From Candidatus Gottesmanbacteria bacterium (GTDB taxonomy: Bacteria > Patescibacteriota > Microgenomatia > UBA10105 > UBA927), in assembly GCA_023245355.1 (NCBI GenBank), contig JAHFKN010000003.1:57368-121367 (forward strand): a DNA stretch of 64,000 bases, written 5' to 3'. Below the pieces are notes generated by a model that saw only the letters and a list, made by a program, of their open reading frames with translations, ran no database searches and was not told where the DNA came from. The position numbers were made by a program, and so were the translations under genes. This document shows, one piece after another, positions 9,302-19,317 of the stretch (position 1 is the stretch's first letter; each line of letters begins with the position of its first letter).

Positions 9302-11503
9302 TTAATAGACAACATTAGTATGCTTCCTGATCGAAAATTCCTCGTATTCAAAATATGGCATCATATCGTGTATCGGTTCTATGTTTGTATAGTCCGTTTG
9401 TTGAATAGATACATATTTTTGATAGATCCATTCATGCTGCGGATTGAATGCTCTTTGTAGTGACGGTATCGTGCTATATTGCCTGAGAATGCCGTCCATA
9501 TATGCTGTGTCCCATGCCACGTTCTGTTTAGAGCAAATGACATAGGTTTTATTATATGCCCCTAAGAATGGACATATGCGTGACAATCCCGAAATGGCTG
9601 CATCATACTGCCGCTGATAATTATGGTGCAGCATAATGATATAGACGCCGTTATCAGTCAGAAGCGGCAGCATGGATCGGAAATATTCTATGGACCGGAC
9701 GGATGTCGATCCTGACCATCCCAATACGGTAAGATTATCGATTATGAGTGTATATGAGAGGCGAGATGCTTCGGCAAAAGATGTGTACGTATGTGCATCC
9801 GTAGCATAGATTGTTACTCTCGGATCTGTGAGCGGGTGAGACAGTACATCAGATGCTTCCTGTTTACTCAGCAGGGTAATGAGTTCATTAGACCACTCTA
9901 CTATGTCGACTGCCTGCACGTTTGTCATCGCAAGTACGTCCCGCACAATACCACCTCCGCCGAGCCCCAGGATAAGGATGTGCTTTCTATCAGGAGCGCC
10001 TGACGCGATTGCAGCAAGAAGGGAGTGGGCCTGCAGATACGGGATATATGACGCAACTGTTCCGTTTATACTTACCGAGCCGGCGTTATGATGGCCGTCC
10101 GTCCAGTTTATGGCAGCGACACCTCCTATACCTTCCACCCGTTGTGATGCCGGTGTAGAAGATTTTTGTATCCACCGGTTCCATATAGTTCCCGGTATGT
10201 TGATAAGAAGTATCATGAGCAGTGCGGCGTAAACGGCGTATGTTAGTCTGGTTTTTTCCTGTGACAGCAAGAATACTGTCGAAGTAAGATAGACTGCAAA
10301 TATGGTAATGATGCTCCACCTGGTGCCCATTACCGGAAGTCCCAGGATCATAAACAGTAATCCGCCAACCAGGGATCCTGCCGAAGATATAAACGATAAT
10401 ATTCCTGATTGCCGTTCCATATCCTCGGTCGGACTGGTAGATATGATAAGCGGAAAAAATGAACCGGATAAAAACGCAATCAGCCCCGTATGTTGAAACC
10501 CACCGATAAAAAATAACGATAAGAGGCCTTGATCGGGCATTGTCTTCGGAAAGTACATTGTTCCTATAAATGCGATAGGTAGCATGAGAAACAGCGGTGC
10601 AAGTCCGATATGGGGCGTCATCCGCTTATAGAGCGGGGAGAGGATATAGCTTCCGGCTGCGTACGACATAAGATAGGTTAGCAAGGCAAACGGGTATGTA
10701 TACGGGCTGGAGTTACTCCATGTCACAGTAATGGCGCGGAATATGGACGTTTCAAGAATAATTGATAGCATACTTGCTACTCCCATAGCCGCAAAATATT
10801 TTGTATTCACCGGCATAGCTGTTTCGAGAACTGGCGGTTTATTCGTCGTCTGTTTCCGGTCAATAAAAAGAAATATGCAGAAAATATACAGAAATATTAC
10901 CGCTATCAAAAGAAAAATAAGGCGGAAATCAATAAGCGGTAACAAAACCCGGATGAGTGTATAGATACCAGCTGCAGAGCCGGCTGTGTAGGTTCCGTAT
11001 AAGAAATCCGGCGTGCGGAATATCCCCCGGTTAGTGTAACGCATGATTCTTGGCAATATTGCCCCTGAAAGGATTGCGATTGGTATTGTCAGCAGGATGG
11101 CGGTGGCAAGGAGGATAGATTGAGAAAGCGATGCGTTCATGTGTTGAGAAATGATAAAACGCGATACACTCTGGAGTATCGGGAGCGCAAGCCCGGCACT
11201 TATAAGCGTATAAACACTGCTTATCCAGGCAATAGTGCTATATGGGAATAGTTTTTTACCCGACGGAAAAATTGCAAGTCCGGCTCCCAGTCCCATACCA
11301 ACCAGCGTGGTTAACAAAATGGCAAATGAAGATGCTGCCGTGCCGCCAACAAAGAGTTTTATCAAACGTTCTGCAATCACCTGATAGCTGATCGTGGCAA
11401 ATCCGGTAAGAAATATCGCGATGATAACCGTGGCAGAATAAACCGTTCCGTGTGTGGAGCGCGCGGGGCGTATGTCTGAGCGCGCAAAGGTATCTATTTC
11501 CAT
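9302..11503 (-). CDS. fused multi-TM / spermidine synthase-like methyltransferase
   Basis: About 13 TM helices followed by ILILGLGGG, DIVE, DA and IIDN class-I MTase motifs. Confidence 0.8.
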   Translation of the reverse strand: MEIDTFARSDIRPARSTHGTVYSATVIIAIFLTGFATISYQVIAERLIKLFVGGTAASSFAILLTTLVGMGLGAGLAIFPSGKKLFPYSTIAWISSVYTLISAGLALPILQSVSRFIISQHMNASLSQSILLATAILLTIPIAILSGAILPRIMRYTNRGIFRTPDFLYGTYTAGSAAGIYTLIRVLLPLIDFRLIFLLIAVIFLYIFCIFLFIDRKQTTNKPPVLETAMPVNTKYFAAMGVASMLSIILETSIFRAITVTWSNSSPYTYPFALLTYLMSYAAGSYILSPLYKRMTPHIGLAPLFLMLPIAFIGTMYFPKTMPDQGLLSLFFIGGFQHTGLIAFLSGSFFPLIISTSPTEDMERQSGILSFISSAGSLVGGLLFMILGLPVMGTRWSIITIFAVYLTSTVFLLSQEKTRLTYAVYAALLMILLINIPGTIWNRWIQKSSTPASQRVEGIGGVAAINWTDGHHNAGSVSINGTVASYIPYLQAHSLLAAIASGAPDRKHILILGLGGGGIVRDVLAMTNVQAVDIVEWSNELITLLSKQEASDVLSHPLTDPRVTIYATDAHTYTSFAEASRLSYTLIIDNLTVLGWSGSTSVRSIEYFRSMLPLLTDNGVYIIMLHHNYQRQYDAAISGLSRICPFLGAYNKTYVICSKQNVAWDTAYMDGILRQYSTIPSLQRAFNPQHEWIYQKYVSIQQTDYTNIEPIHDMMPYFEYEEFSIRKHTNVVY

Positions 11504-11727
11504 TTATGTTTCACTCCCCGCGTTTTTCCTTTTTCCACTTCCATCGAGAAACACCGATCGAACAGATCGAGGGCTTCATCGGATGCTAAATGACGATCCC
11601 GTACAAGGTGCCGGAAAAAATCCATATAGGTGTCCTGTGTGAGCGGGTGATTTCCGCGGACACTAGCTTCATACGCCAGGCGGGCAAGTGCGTGAATATA
11701 GAACGTTTCTATGTGGTTCATGATCAC
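11494..11727 (-). CDS. hypothetical protein
   Basis: Overlaps the start of the downstream gene; lies directly behind tRNA-Thr. Confidence 0.45.
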   Translation of the reverse strand: MIMNHIETFYIHALARLAYEASVRGNHPLTQDTYMDFFRHLVRDRHLASDEALDLFDRCFSMEVEKGKTRGVKHKWK

Positions 11728-11744
11728 AGGGGGCAGGGGTGCTA

Positions 11745-11819
11745 TGGAGCCCGGAGCGAGAATCGGACTCGCGACCTAGTTCTTACCAAGAACTCGCTCT
11801 ACCACTGAGCCATCCGGGC
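11745..11819 (-). tRNA. tRNA-Thr (GGT)
   Basis: GCCCGGA acceptor stem, loop TT-GGT-AA, encoded CCA. Confidence 0.95.
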
Positions 11820-11934
11820 GGAATACAGGGTATTGTACCAAATAGGAAGATTGCTGTGAATGATTTTGTATGAAGCATGCGACTAATATACTTACTACAA
11901 AATGTTTGTTACCCGTCAAACGGGATCATATAGT

Positions 11935-12882
11935 ATGAAGAAAGCAATTTTGGTTACCGGAGCATTCGGATTGGTTGGATCAGACCTTGTTCCTGCTTTG
12001 CAGAAGAAATACGGAGCCTCCCTCGTGTTTGCGCTGGGCAACAAAACAATTCCCAAAGATTTCCGCGGACAATTAGTCAAAGGCGATGTCCGTGATTTGT
12101 CATCGCTTAAAAAAATAGTCACGAAATACAATATCGGCATCGTGTATCATCTGGCGGGGTTGCTATCCGTCGGAGGAGAAAAACATCCGGATCTGGCATG
12201 GGACGTGAATCTTAACGGACTCCGCAATGTCCTTGATCTTGCACGTGACGAGCACCTCCGGATGTTTTGGCCCAGTTCCATTGCCGCATTCGGTCCGACG
12301 ACACCGAAAGATATGACGCCGCAGCACACGGTGATTGAGCCCACGACAATGTACGGCATTACGAAATATGCGGGAGAACTATTATGTCAGTACTATCATT
12401 CGCGGTGGGGCGTCGATGTCCGGAGTCTCCGGTATCCGGGGCTTATCGGGTATAAGGCGCCGCCGGGAGACGGAACGACTGAGTATGCCGTTCATATTTT
12501 TTACGGGCTGCTCAAAGAGAATGCATACAATCCGTTTCTGAAAGCCGATGCGCGTCTTCCGATGATGTATATCGATGATGCGATTCGGGGGACGATGCAG
12601 CTTATGGCAGCACCTGCCGATAAAATCACCGTTCGGACAAGTTACAATTTCACAGCGATCAATTTTACGCCGAAAGAGCTTGTCACCGAAATCAAAAAAC
12701 TATACCCGACGTTTAAAGCTGCCTATGTGCCTGATCCGGCAAAACAGCGCATTGCCGACGGGTGGCCGAAATCGATTGACGACACTCAGGCGCGGAAAGA
12801 CTGGGGATGGAAGCCCGAGTTTGATCTTCCCACGATGACCAAAACCATGATTAACGGGTTGAAAAAGAAGTTGGCTATATAA
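11935..12882 (+). CDS. tdh: L-threonine 3-dehydrogenase (SDR/epimerase type)
   Basis: TGAFGLVG, PSSIAAFG, MYGITK, GTTEYAV; adjacent to kbl. Confidence 0.85.
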   Translation: MKKAILVTGAFGLVGSDLVPALQKKYGASLVFALGNKTIPKDFRGQLVKGDVRDLSSLKKIVTKYNIGIVYHLAGLLSVGGEKHPDLAWDVNLNGLRNVLDLARDEHLRMFWPSSIAAFGPTTPKDMTPQHTVIEPTTMYGITKYAGELLCQYYHSRWGVDVRSLRYPGLIGYKAPPGDGTTEYAVHIFYGLLKENAYNPFLKADARLPMMYIDDAIRGTMQLMAAPADKITVRTSYNFTAINFTPKELVTEIKKLYPTFKAAYVPDPAKQRIADGWPKSIDDTQARKDWGWKPEFDLPTMTKTMINGLKKKLAI

Positions 12883-12953
12883 ATTGTATTGTATGTCTTG
12901 CGGAGTCTGACGGTGCTTCGTCATACGCACAAAAGACGGAAAGGAATGCATAT

Positions 12954-14159
12954 ATGCATCCGTTACAGCATTATTTTGACACGATCGAGGATATGAAGAA
13001 AAAAGGGTTATATACCCCGATTCGGGTGCTGGAATCAGCGCAGGGACCATGGATCACGATTGACGGGAAAAAGGTACTCAATTTTTGTTCTAACAATTAT
13101 CTGGGGTTCGCCCAGGATAGGCGGTTGGTGTCAGCAGTGGTTAAGGCTGTGAAAAAATACGGAATCGGTGCGGGAGCGGTGCGGCCGATTTCCGGCAACA
13201 TGACGCTCCATATGGAAGCTGAGAAGGCGCTGGCGAAATTAAAAGGTGCGGAAGCGGCGTTTCTTCTTCCCGGCGGATTTATCGCAAATATTGTGGCTGT
13301 CGCGACCATTGTCGGTAAAGAAGATATCGTTATCTCAGACGAACTTAATCACGCATCTATCATCGATGCTATCAAGCTCGCACAGGTGAAAACGAAATTT
13401 ATCTATAAGCATAATGACATGGCAGAGCTGGAATTGCGGCTCAAAGAAGCGGTCGCCGCCGCCAAAACACCCAAATCAGACGGACAGAAACCGGTGATTC
13501 TTGTCGTGTCGGACGGCGTATTCAGTATGGACGGCGATATAGCACCTCTTCCCAGGATTGTCGCGCTCGCCAAAAAGTATGGCGCAATCACTATGGTCGA
13601 TGATGCACATGGAGAAGGTGTGTTGGGAGACGGACGGGGAATCGCGGCGCATTTTTCGCTCCACGGGAAACTCGATATTGAAGTGGGAACGCTGTCGAAA
13701 GCATTCGGTGTGCTGGGCGGTGTTATCACCGGAAAGAAAGAACTTATAGAATATTACCGTCAGAAAGGGCGGCCATATCTGTTTTCGACCGGACTCACAG
13801 TAGCGGACTGCGCGGCGGTTATCGAAGGCGTGAAAATTTTGACTAAATCAAAGTCGCTCGTCAAAACGCTTTGGAGTAACGCCGCTTACCTCAAAAAAGA
13901 ACTTGAGAAAGCAGGATTTAATACCGGAGTCACCCAAACGCCCATTACACCCGTGATGCTGGGAGATGAAAATTTGGCCAAGGAATTCAGTAAACGTCTG
14001 TACGAACGCGGGGTATTTGCTACTCCCATCAAATTCCCTATGGTTGCGATGGGAAAGGCGCGTATCCGCGTGATGCCGTCCGCCGTTCATACCAAAAAGG
14101 ACATTGATTACGGTGTCGCAGCCTTTGTGGCAGTCGGAAAAGAACTGAAGGTTATTTAA
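12954..14159 (+). CDS. kbl: glycine C-acetyltransferase (2-amino-3-ketobutyrate CoA ligase)
   Basis: NFCSNNYLG, LNHASIID, DGVFSMDGD, DDAHG, GTLSKAFG, ARIR. Confidence 0.9.
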   Translation: MHPLQHYFDTIEDMKKKGLYTPIRVLESAQGPWITIDGKKVLNFCSNNYLGFAQDRRLVSAVVKAVKKYGIGAGAVRPISGNMTLHMEAEKALAKLKGAEAAFLLPGGFIANIVAVATIVGKEDIVISDELNHASIIDAIKLAQVKTKFIYKHNDMAELELRLKEAVAAAKTPKSDGQKPVILVVSDGVFSMDGDIAPLPRIVALAKKYGAITMVDDAHGEGVLGDGRGIAAHFSLHGKLDIEVGTLSKAFGVLGGVITGKKELIEYYRQKGRPYLFSTGLTVADCAAVIEGVKILTKSKSLVKTLWSNAAYLKKELEKAGFNTGVTQTPITPVMLGDENLAKEFSKRLYERGVFATPIKFPMVAMGKARIRVMPSAVHTKKDIDYGVAAFVAVGKELKVI

Positions 14160-14881
14160 AGCGCTGCGCCTTTAAAATTCGGGCAGTTTGCTTTGGCCCA
14201 TGAGAGGAATTCTTGTGTGCATTCGAACTTGATGCCAGCCGTGTCCGGTCCCGGCATGCAGTCTACCCATTCGGTTTTGGGACACGTAAATCCCTGCCGG
14301 GGATCAGAGGGCACTGTTTGGTCCGTATCAAATACACATTGATTATTACGGCAGACCGGCTGAGAAGGCGACTCGCACGGTTTGCAGGCCACAAAAGATT
14401 CGCATGTGGTTTTCTGGCTGTAGTCGGTTCCGGGTACGTAGGATTCCCATCCGTCTTTTCCGATCTGTGACCTATTGATAGGCTCCGGGCAGACGCAGCA
14501 GCCGGATGATACCAGGATTCCCGTCGTACAGTCGCGGTCGGTGTCACAGGAGAGAGGATCCGTGTATATCGGGTTTACCCCGTCATCGATCGTCGGCTGG
14601 GTAAACCGTTTTCCGTCGCGGGTAACACAGGTCGGCGGAAAACTTTCCTGGATCACGCTTCCACGGGCTTTTACGCATTCTTCATATGTGGTAACGGCAG
14701 TCGATGAGAAAAATTCCTGATATGCGAACAAGCCGCCGCTTCCTAAGAGTATGCCGAATATAAGTATCAACGCCGTATAGACAGGACGTAAAGACAGACG
14801 GGTGCGGGGAGGTTCAGGAGCCGAAGATACCGAAGCGGGGAGTTCCTGTTGTTTCTCATTAGTTTGCAGCGGATCTTCCAT
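14156..14881 (-). CDS. Cys-rich membrane-anchored hypothetical protein
   Basis: Single TM, YEECV..G..IQESFPPTC module and many further Cys. Confidence 0.7.
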   Translation of the reverse strand: MEDPLQTNEKQQELPASVSSAPEPPRTRLSLRPVYTALILIFGILLGSGGLFAYQEFFSSTAVTTYEECVKARGSVIQESFPPTCVTRDGKRFTQPTIDDGVNPIYTDPLSCDTDRDCTTGILVSSGCCVCPEPINRSQIGKDGWESYVPGTDYSQKTTCESFVACKPCESPSQPVCRNNQCVFDTDQTVPSDPRQGFTCPKTEWVDCMPGPDTAGIKFECTQEFLSWAKANCPNFKGAAL

Positions 14882-14948
14882 TAGGTACCAGTATAAATCG
14901 TGTGATCGGTAACATACAAGGCAAAATCCTATGTGATACAGTAAGGGA

Positions 14949-15941
14949 ATGAAATATGCGGGCGTATTGATTGTTCTGGGGCTCCTGATAGCGGGTTTTT
15001 CTACGTACGCATTGTTGGGACCCAGGCAATCCGTATCCGTTCTTTCTCCGATTACTCAGGTTGTGGAACGACCCTTGGACAAATATACGATAGAGACGCT
15101 TACCAGGAGGCAGGGAATAGCCGGTAACATCATGCTGGATGACGCGGTTGCAACGGCGTCGGGTTTTACCGAATGGACATTTCATTACACAAGCGACGGG
15201 AAAAAAGTTACCGGTCTGGCTCATATTCCGGCAGGCGTCACCGATACACGAAAAGCGCCGGTTATTGTTCAGTTCCGGGGATATGTCGAACGCAGCGCGT
15301 ATGCGCCGGGAATCGGTACGAAGAAAAGTGCGGAAGTATTTGCCCGGAACGGATATATTTCGTTGGCGCCTGATTTCTTAGGATACGGAGGGTCTGATAA
15401 CCCGGAAGATGATGTGTTTGAAGAACGGTTTCAGACGTATCTTGCTGCTCTCGATCTTCTGGCTTCCGTCCGGTCGCTGTCGCTAGCTGATCCGTCCAGA
15501 GTCGGGATCTGGGCACACAGCAACGGGGGACAGATAGCACTCACAATCCTTGAAATCACCCAAGGGAAGTATCCTACCGTTTTGTGGGCGCCGGTTACCC
15601 GCGCATTTCCGTATTCCATATTATATTATACCGACGAAGCGGAAGATAAAGGTAAGGCGCTGCGTAAAAAACTTGCGGATTTTGAACGGGATTATGATTC
15701 GGATCTCTATGCCATGACAAATTTTCTCGACCGGATCAAAGCTCCGCTTCAGTTACATCAGGGGACTGCTGATGACGCAGTTCCGGTTCGTTGGAACGAT
15801 GAGTTTGTCGCTGATCTGAAGAAGCGTAACATTACTATCGGATACTTTTTGTATCCGGGCGCCGATCATAACCTGCAGCCTTCATGGAATACAGTAATTG
15901 CGCGGGATATCGAGTTTTTTACCCGGTACCTCAAGCCGTAA
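14949..15941 (+). CDS. alpha/beta hydrolase (S9 peptidase-like)
   Basis: WAHSNGG nucleophile elbow, HQGTADDAVP, YPGADH. Confidence 0.85.
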   Translation: MKYAGVLIVLGLLIAGFSTYALLGPRQSVSVLSPITQVVERPLDKYTIETLTRRQGIAGNIMLDDAVATASGFTEWTFHYTSDGKKVTGLAHIPAGVTDTRKAPVIVQFRGYVERSAYAPGIGTKKSAEVFARNGYISLAPDFLGYGGSDNPEDDVFEERFQTYLAALDLLASVRSLSLADPSRVGIWAHSNGGQIALTILEITQGKYPTVLWAPVTRAFPYSILYYTDEAEDKGKALRKKLADFERDYDSDLYAMTNFLDRIKAPLQLHQGTADDAVPVRWNDEFVADLKKRNITIGYFLYPGADHNLQPSWNTVIARDIEFFTRYLKP

Positions 15942-15974
15942 GTATATACGGCGCGTGCGTTTTGTCAGATAGCA

Positions 15975-16481
15975 TTATGGCTGCGGGAATGTGAACGCTG
16001 CGCTGCAGCTTGAATTCGCATTCAGGTCATCTTTGATGACCACATCCACGATGGCCGGCGTATTGGCGGTAATTGCCAGCGGTTTCGTCGTGCATCGGAA
16101 CGTGGATCCTCCCCGCTGCGGGGAAGCAGTCAGCGGGCTGGTGACGGAAGATTTTGTAACTTCCTTGCCGTCAATTTTTACTGAAAAATCACACGTTACG
16201 TTCTTGGCTCCCGTTACGTCTCCGCCTTCAACAGAAAGATAATATTCGGAAAATCCGACTTTCGGGTTAAAGTATTGCTGGTCACACCCTAAAGCCGAAA
16301 TAGGTCCCGGCGTGGGGGAGGTTACAGCAACGGGCTGCCCTGCAGGGGTTACCACGGCATTCTTCGGACTCTTTGTCCGGAAGTACCATGCACCGGCTAC
16401 AACTGCGACAACCAATACTGCCCCTACGACGTACGTCATCATGGATGGGGATTCCATGGACTCTTCAGATGTTTTATCCAT
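15975..16481 (-). CDS. membrane-anchored hypothetical protein
   Basis: N-terminal TM, Pro/Thr linker, beta-rich domain with 4 Cys. Confidence 0.65.
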   Translation of the reverse strand: MDKTSEESMESPSMMTYVVGAVLVVAVVAGAWYFRTKSPKNAVVTPAGQPVAVTSPTPGPISALGCDQQYFNPKVGFSEYYLSVEGGDVTGAKNVTCDFSVKIDGKEVTKSSVTSPLTASPQRGGSTFRCTTKPLAITANTPAIVDVVIKDDLNANSSCSAAFTFPQP

Positions 16482-16583
16482 ATAGAATCAGTATAGGAAT
16501 TTTTGTGGGTTATGCAATAGGGGAAGTTACATCCGTTGTACGCTACCCGCCGGATGACTCTCCTGGGAATGTCGGGCGTGTTG

Positions 16584-16668
16584 TGCTGAGGCCAAGATTC
16601 GAACTTGGGTAGGCCTGTCGGCCGGCAGTTTTACAGACTGCTGCGATTGTCCACTCCGCCACCTCAGC
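16584..16668 (-). tRNA. tRNA-Tyr (GTA)
   Basis: GCTGAGG acceptor stem, loop CT-GTA-AA, long variable arm, GTTCGAATC. Confidence 0.95.
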
Positions 16669-16693
16669 AATATTCGTTTATCAGTATGCTGTT

Positions 16694-16724
16694 GCCCCAG
16701 TTGCTTTGAGGGGCCACCTCAGCA
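16694..16724 (-). repeat. duplicated tRNA-Tyr 5' stub with adjacent hairpin
   Basis: GCCACCTCAGCA at 16713-16724 equals 16658-16669; GCCCC...GGGGC hairpin at 16694-16714. Confidence 0.7.
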
Positions 16725-16804
16725 TGGGATTACGAACGTTCTTTATTATATCCCATCATCCGGTTGCTGGAAACCGGGAATGTATCGCTCTATAATGGAT
16801 ATCT

Positions 16805-17125
16805 ATGACAAGCGGAAAACGGTTGGTTGCGCGCGTGGCTCCGTATGCACGGTTTGTACGCGGGATTGCGCACCCGCACCGGCTGGCAATCCTGTATCTA
16901 TTGGCACATGAACCCATGAATCCTCATGATATAGGAGCGCACATGCCGGTTGCTGAAAGTCTTGTTGCCCATCACCTGAAAGCGATGTATGCGTCCGGTT
17001 GGCTCAACAAGCAGCGCATCGGAAAAAATGTGCTGTATAGCGTAAACAAAAAAACACTCCGGGAAATACCTAAATTTCTTCTGGATACGCCGTTATGGCG
17101 AAATATGAGCAAAAAACCGGTATAA
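16805..17125 (+). CDS. ArsR/SmtB family regulator
   Basis: IAHPHRLAILYLL, VAHHLKAM...GWL, R.GKNVLYS. Confidence 0.85.
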   Translation: MTSGKRLVARVAPYARFVRGIAHPHRLAILYLLAHEPMNPHDIGAHMPVAESLVAHHLKAMYASGWLNKQRIGKNVLYSVNKKTLREIPKFLLDTPLWRNMSKKPV

Positions 17126-17132
17126 TTGCACC

Positions 17133-18014
17133 ATGGAGCATCCGGTAACTGCACTCACGAGAGAAGCCATGACAGGACAGGAGATCCAACTCCTGCTCAA
17201 ACAAGCCACGCCCGAGCGTAGGGGCATATTTGAAAAACTTCAGGAGAAAGCGTGGTTTCAGCAGACGGATCCCTCTATTCAGAAAACACTGCTGACGCTT
17301 CCTTCCAAGGGTCGCGAGAATCACGACGGATTTCTGGAAGATTTAGCAGGACGGCCGGAGGAAATCGCCAATATTAAAGTGGAACGTATGATCGATGTAC
17401 CCAGAGGATCATTTGCCCTCGTGCCGAAGTTTGAAGTATCGCGTAAAGATAATCCTGCTATCCGTTATACCTATGAATACGTCAGTTGGCGAACCGGTCC
17501 GCTTTCAGGGGCAAAAGGAGTAGTATTTGTGGAAAAAGACGGGCAGACGACACACTTTATCGTGCTGCGGGGCGAGAAGTTTGCCCCCGGCAAAAAAACC
17601 TGGGACGCAATCGGCGGTTTTCTGGATAAAGATGCAGACGGAGTCGGTCATCTTGATGACAGGATTCTCCACGAGGTCCGGGAGGAATTGGGAGCACCAT
17701 CGGCACAGGTAAATAAAATTGTTGACTTGGGGCGCGTGATGCCCGATGCCGGATTTTCCAATAACGAACCGTCGTTATTTGCCGCATTTATCTCGGATGC
17801 CGATATGCAGACACTCTCAACTCAACCGGTGAATCCCGATATATACGAGCTCAAAAGCGGGGCAGTCATATTACCCATGGAACAATTAGCGGATATCGTC
17901 ATGGAAAATAATGACGGGTACTTTCTTTCCACGATTGCGCGCGCATGGGCCAAAGGAATAATTGCTCCGCCCGCGGCGGTGAGCGGCAAGGCCGTAGGAT
18001 TTTCTCCGAACTGA
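17133..18014 (+). CDS. divergent NUDIX-fold hydrolase
   Basis: GGFLD...ILHEVREELG Nudix-box variant, DLG.V.PDAG. Confidence 0.7.
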   Translation: MEHPVTALTREAMTGQEIQLLLKQATPERRGIFEKLQEKAWFQQTDPSIQKTLLTLPSKGRENHDGFLEDLAGRPEEIANIKVERMIDVPRGSFALVPKFEVSRKDNPAIRYTYEYVSWRTGPLSGAKGVVFVEKDGQTTHFIVLRGEKFAPGKKTWDAIGGFLDKDADGVGHLDDRILHEVREELGAPSAQVNKIVDLGRVMPDAGFSNNEPSLFAAFISDADMQTLSTQPVNPDIYELKSGAVILPMEQLADIVMENNDGYFLSTIARAWAKGIIAPPAAVSGKAVGFSPN

Positions 18015-18020
18015 TTATTT

Positions 18021-18094
18021 TGGAGCCCCCAGTCAGAATTGGACTGACATCAGCGGTTTACAAAACCGTCGCTCTGCCGTTGAGCTATGGAGGC
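18021..18094 (-). tRNA. tRNA-Thr (TGT)
   Basis: GCCTCCA acceptor stem, loop TT-TGT-AA, encoded CCA. Confidence 0.95.
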
Positions 18095-18378
18095 GTATAC
18101 CTGATTTTACCAAAGCCAAAGCAAATAGGGAACCGCGGGATACGCTAAGAGAAGAAAAAATAAGTGCTGCCGCGTGTCGAGTTGAAGTATTTTCCCCGAT
18201 TTGAGCAATCGGAAAGACTGATTTGAATACCTCGGTACTCAAATACGTTAGTCTTGTTACTTCCTAAGAGTATCAAAGGAAGCTACCTCAATGTTAAAAT
18301 TCTGTGGAGGAAAATTATCCACAACTCTACACGGGCATATTCATCGTAAAACAACCCGGTAATGACTGTCAAGTGGGG

Positions 18379-18591
18379 TTATTTGAGCGCGAGAAGCTGA
18401 AACAGCGTGAGGATGGTGAGCGTATTGGACATGAATAAAATCCAGGTAAGTTTTTCATGAAGCGGGGTAGCTTCCCACGCAGCGTCAAAATACTCGGTCC
18501 AGATTAAGCGGTTCAGCTTAAGGCCCAGGGCAATTGTTTTCCCCGTCGGCGAAAGAATGCGTGAATGAAAATTTCTGATAAACCGTGCCAT
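18379..18591 (-). CDS. small hypothetical protein with C-terminal TM
   Basis: TATACT 7 nt before ATG; hydrophobic C-terminus. Confidence 0.5.
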   Translation of the reverse strand: MARFIRNFHSRILSPTGKTIALGLKLNRLIWTEYFDAAWEATPLHEKLTWILFMSNTLTILTLFQLLALK

Positions 18592-18760
18592 ACGGCTAGA
18601 AGTATATGGCAGGAACGTGAATTTCTGTTATGCATCACAATGATGTAGTTATATTCTTTTTGTCAGGTCGGCAGAACGGGGTGTTTGCGGGGTGATTACG
18701 AATCCCGGGGGAGGCACGCGCAGGCAAGCTACGAAGCGTTGTACGAAGCTGACTGACCCG

Positions 18761-19309
18761 TCAGACCATATCTTTGTCTATGAGGTTCCGCAGATACACG
18801 GATTTCGGCACACGGTTCTTTTTGGCCTGTTTCGCGAGGTAGGCCGCTTGTTTGCTGGATATGAAAAACGTAAATCTCGTATCAGCTTCGCCGCGGACAA
18901 AGTGGAGAAAATCCGTGATAATGGAAAGCAGTGTTTCCGGCGTGTACATTTCGCATACGATTTTTTCGTTTTCGTGATATGCGAAAAGTGCCGGCGGATC
19001 ACCCTCACTGTAAAGGATAAGGACGGGCTTGCCGCGATCGAGCGCCATGGATATTTCGTATCCGACACTGATAGAGGGGAAGCTGGTTTCAGCTATCAGA
19101 AAATCCGAGGAATTGATGCCGTCTTCGAGTCGCTGATGAAACGCCAGCCGTTTTTCCCTGGATTGGAGCTGGATATCTTTTTCGGAGACATTGAGGATAT
19201 GCTCGTCGAGCATTTCCACGCCTTTAGATTTTAACAGTTCCACAATCTGCTGGTATTTCGACAGATGATACTTCCGGCCGACAATGGATGCAGTAAAGTA
19301 TGCGCGCAT
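18761..19309 (-). CDS. nucleoside 2-deoxyribosyltransferase-like domain with C-terminal RHH-like domain
   Basis: AYFTASI, SDFLIAETSFPSISVGYEISMALDRGKPVLILY; tail RFTFFIS...KSVYLRNLID. Confidence 0.7.
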   Translation of the reverse strand: MRAYFTASIVGRKYHLSKYQQIVELLKSKGVEMLDEHILNVSEKDIQLQSREKRLAFHQRLEDGINSSDFLIAETSFPSISVGYEISMALDRGKPVLILYSEGDPPALFAYHENEKIVCEMYTPETLLSIITDFLHFVRGEADTRFTFFISSKQAAYLAKQAKKNRVPKSVYLRNLIDKDMV

Positions 19310-19317
19310 AGGTGTGT

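Noticed and set aside
18303..18323. oriC from DnaA box TTATCCACA at 18315
   Set aside because: Only one perfect box and one weak inverted box, with no dnaA/dnaN nearby.
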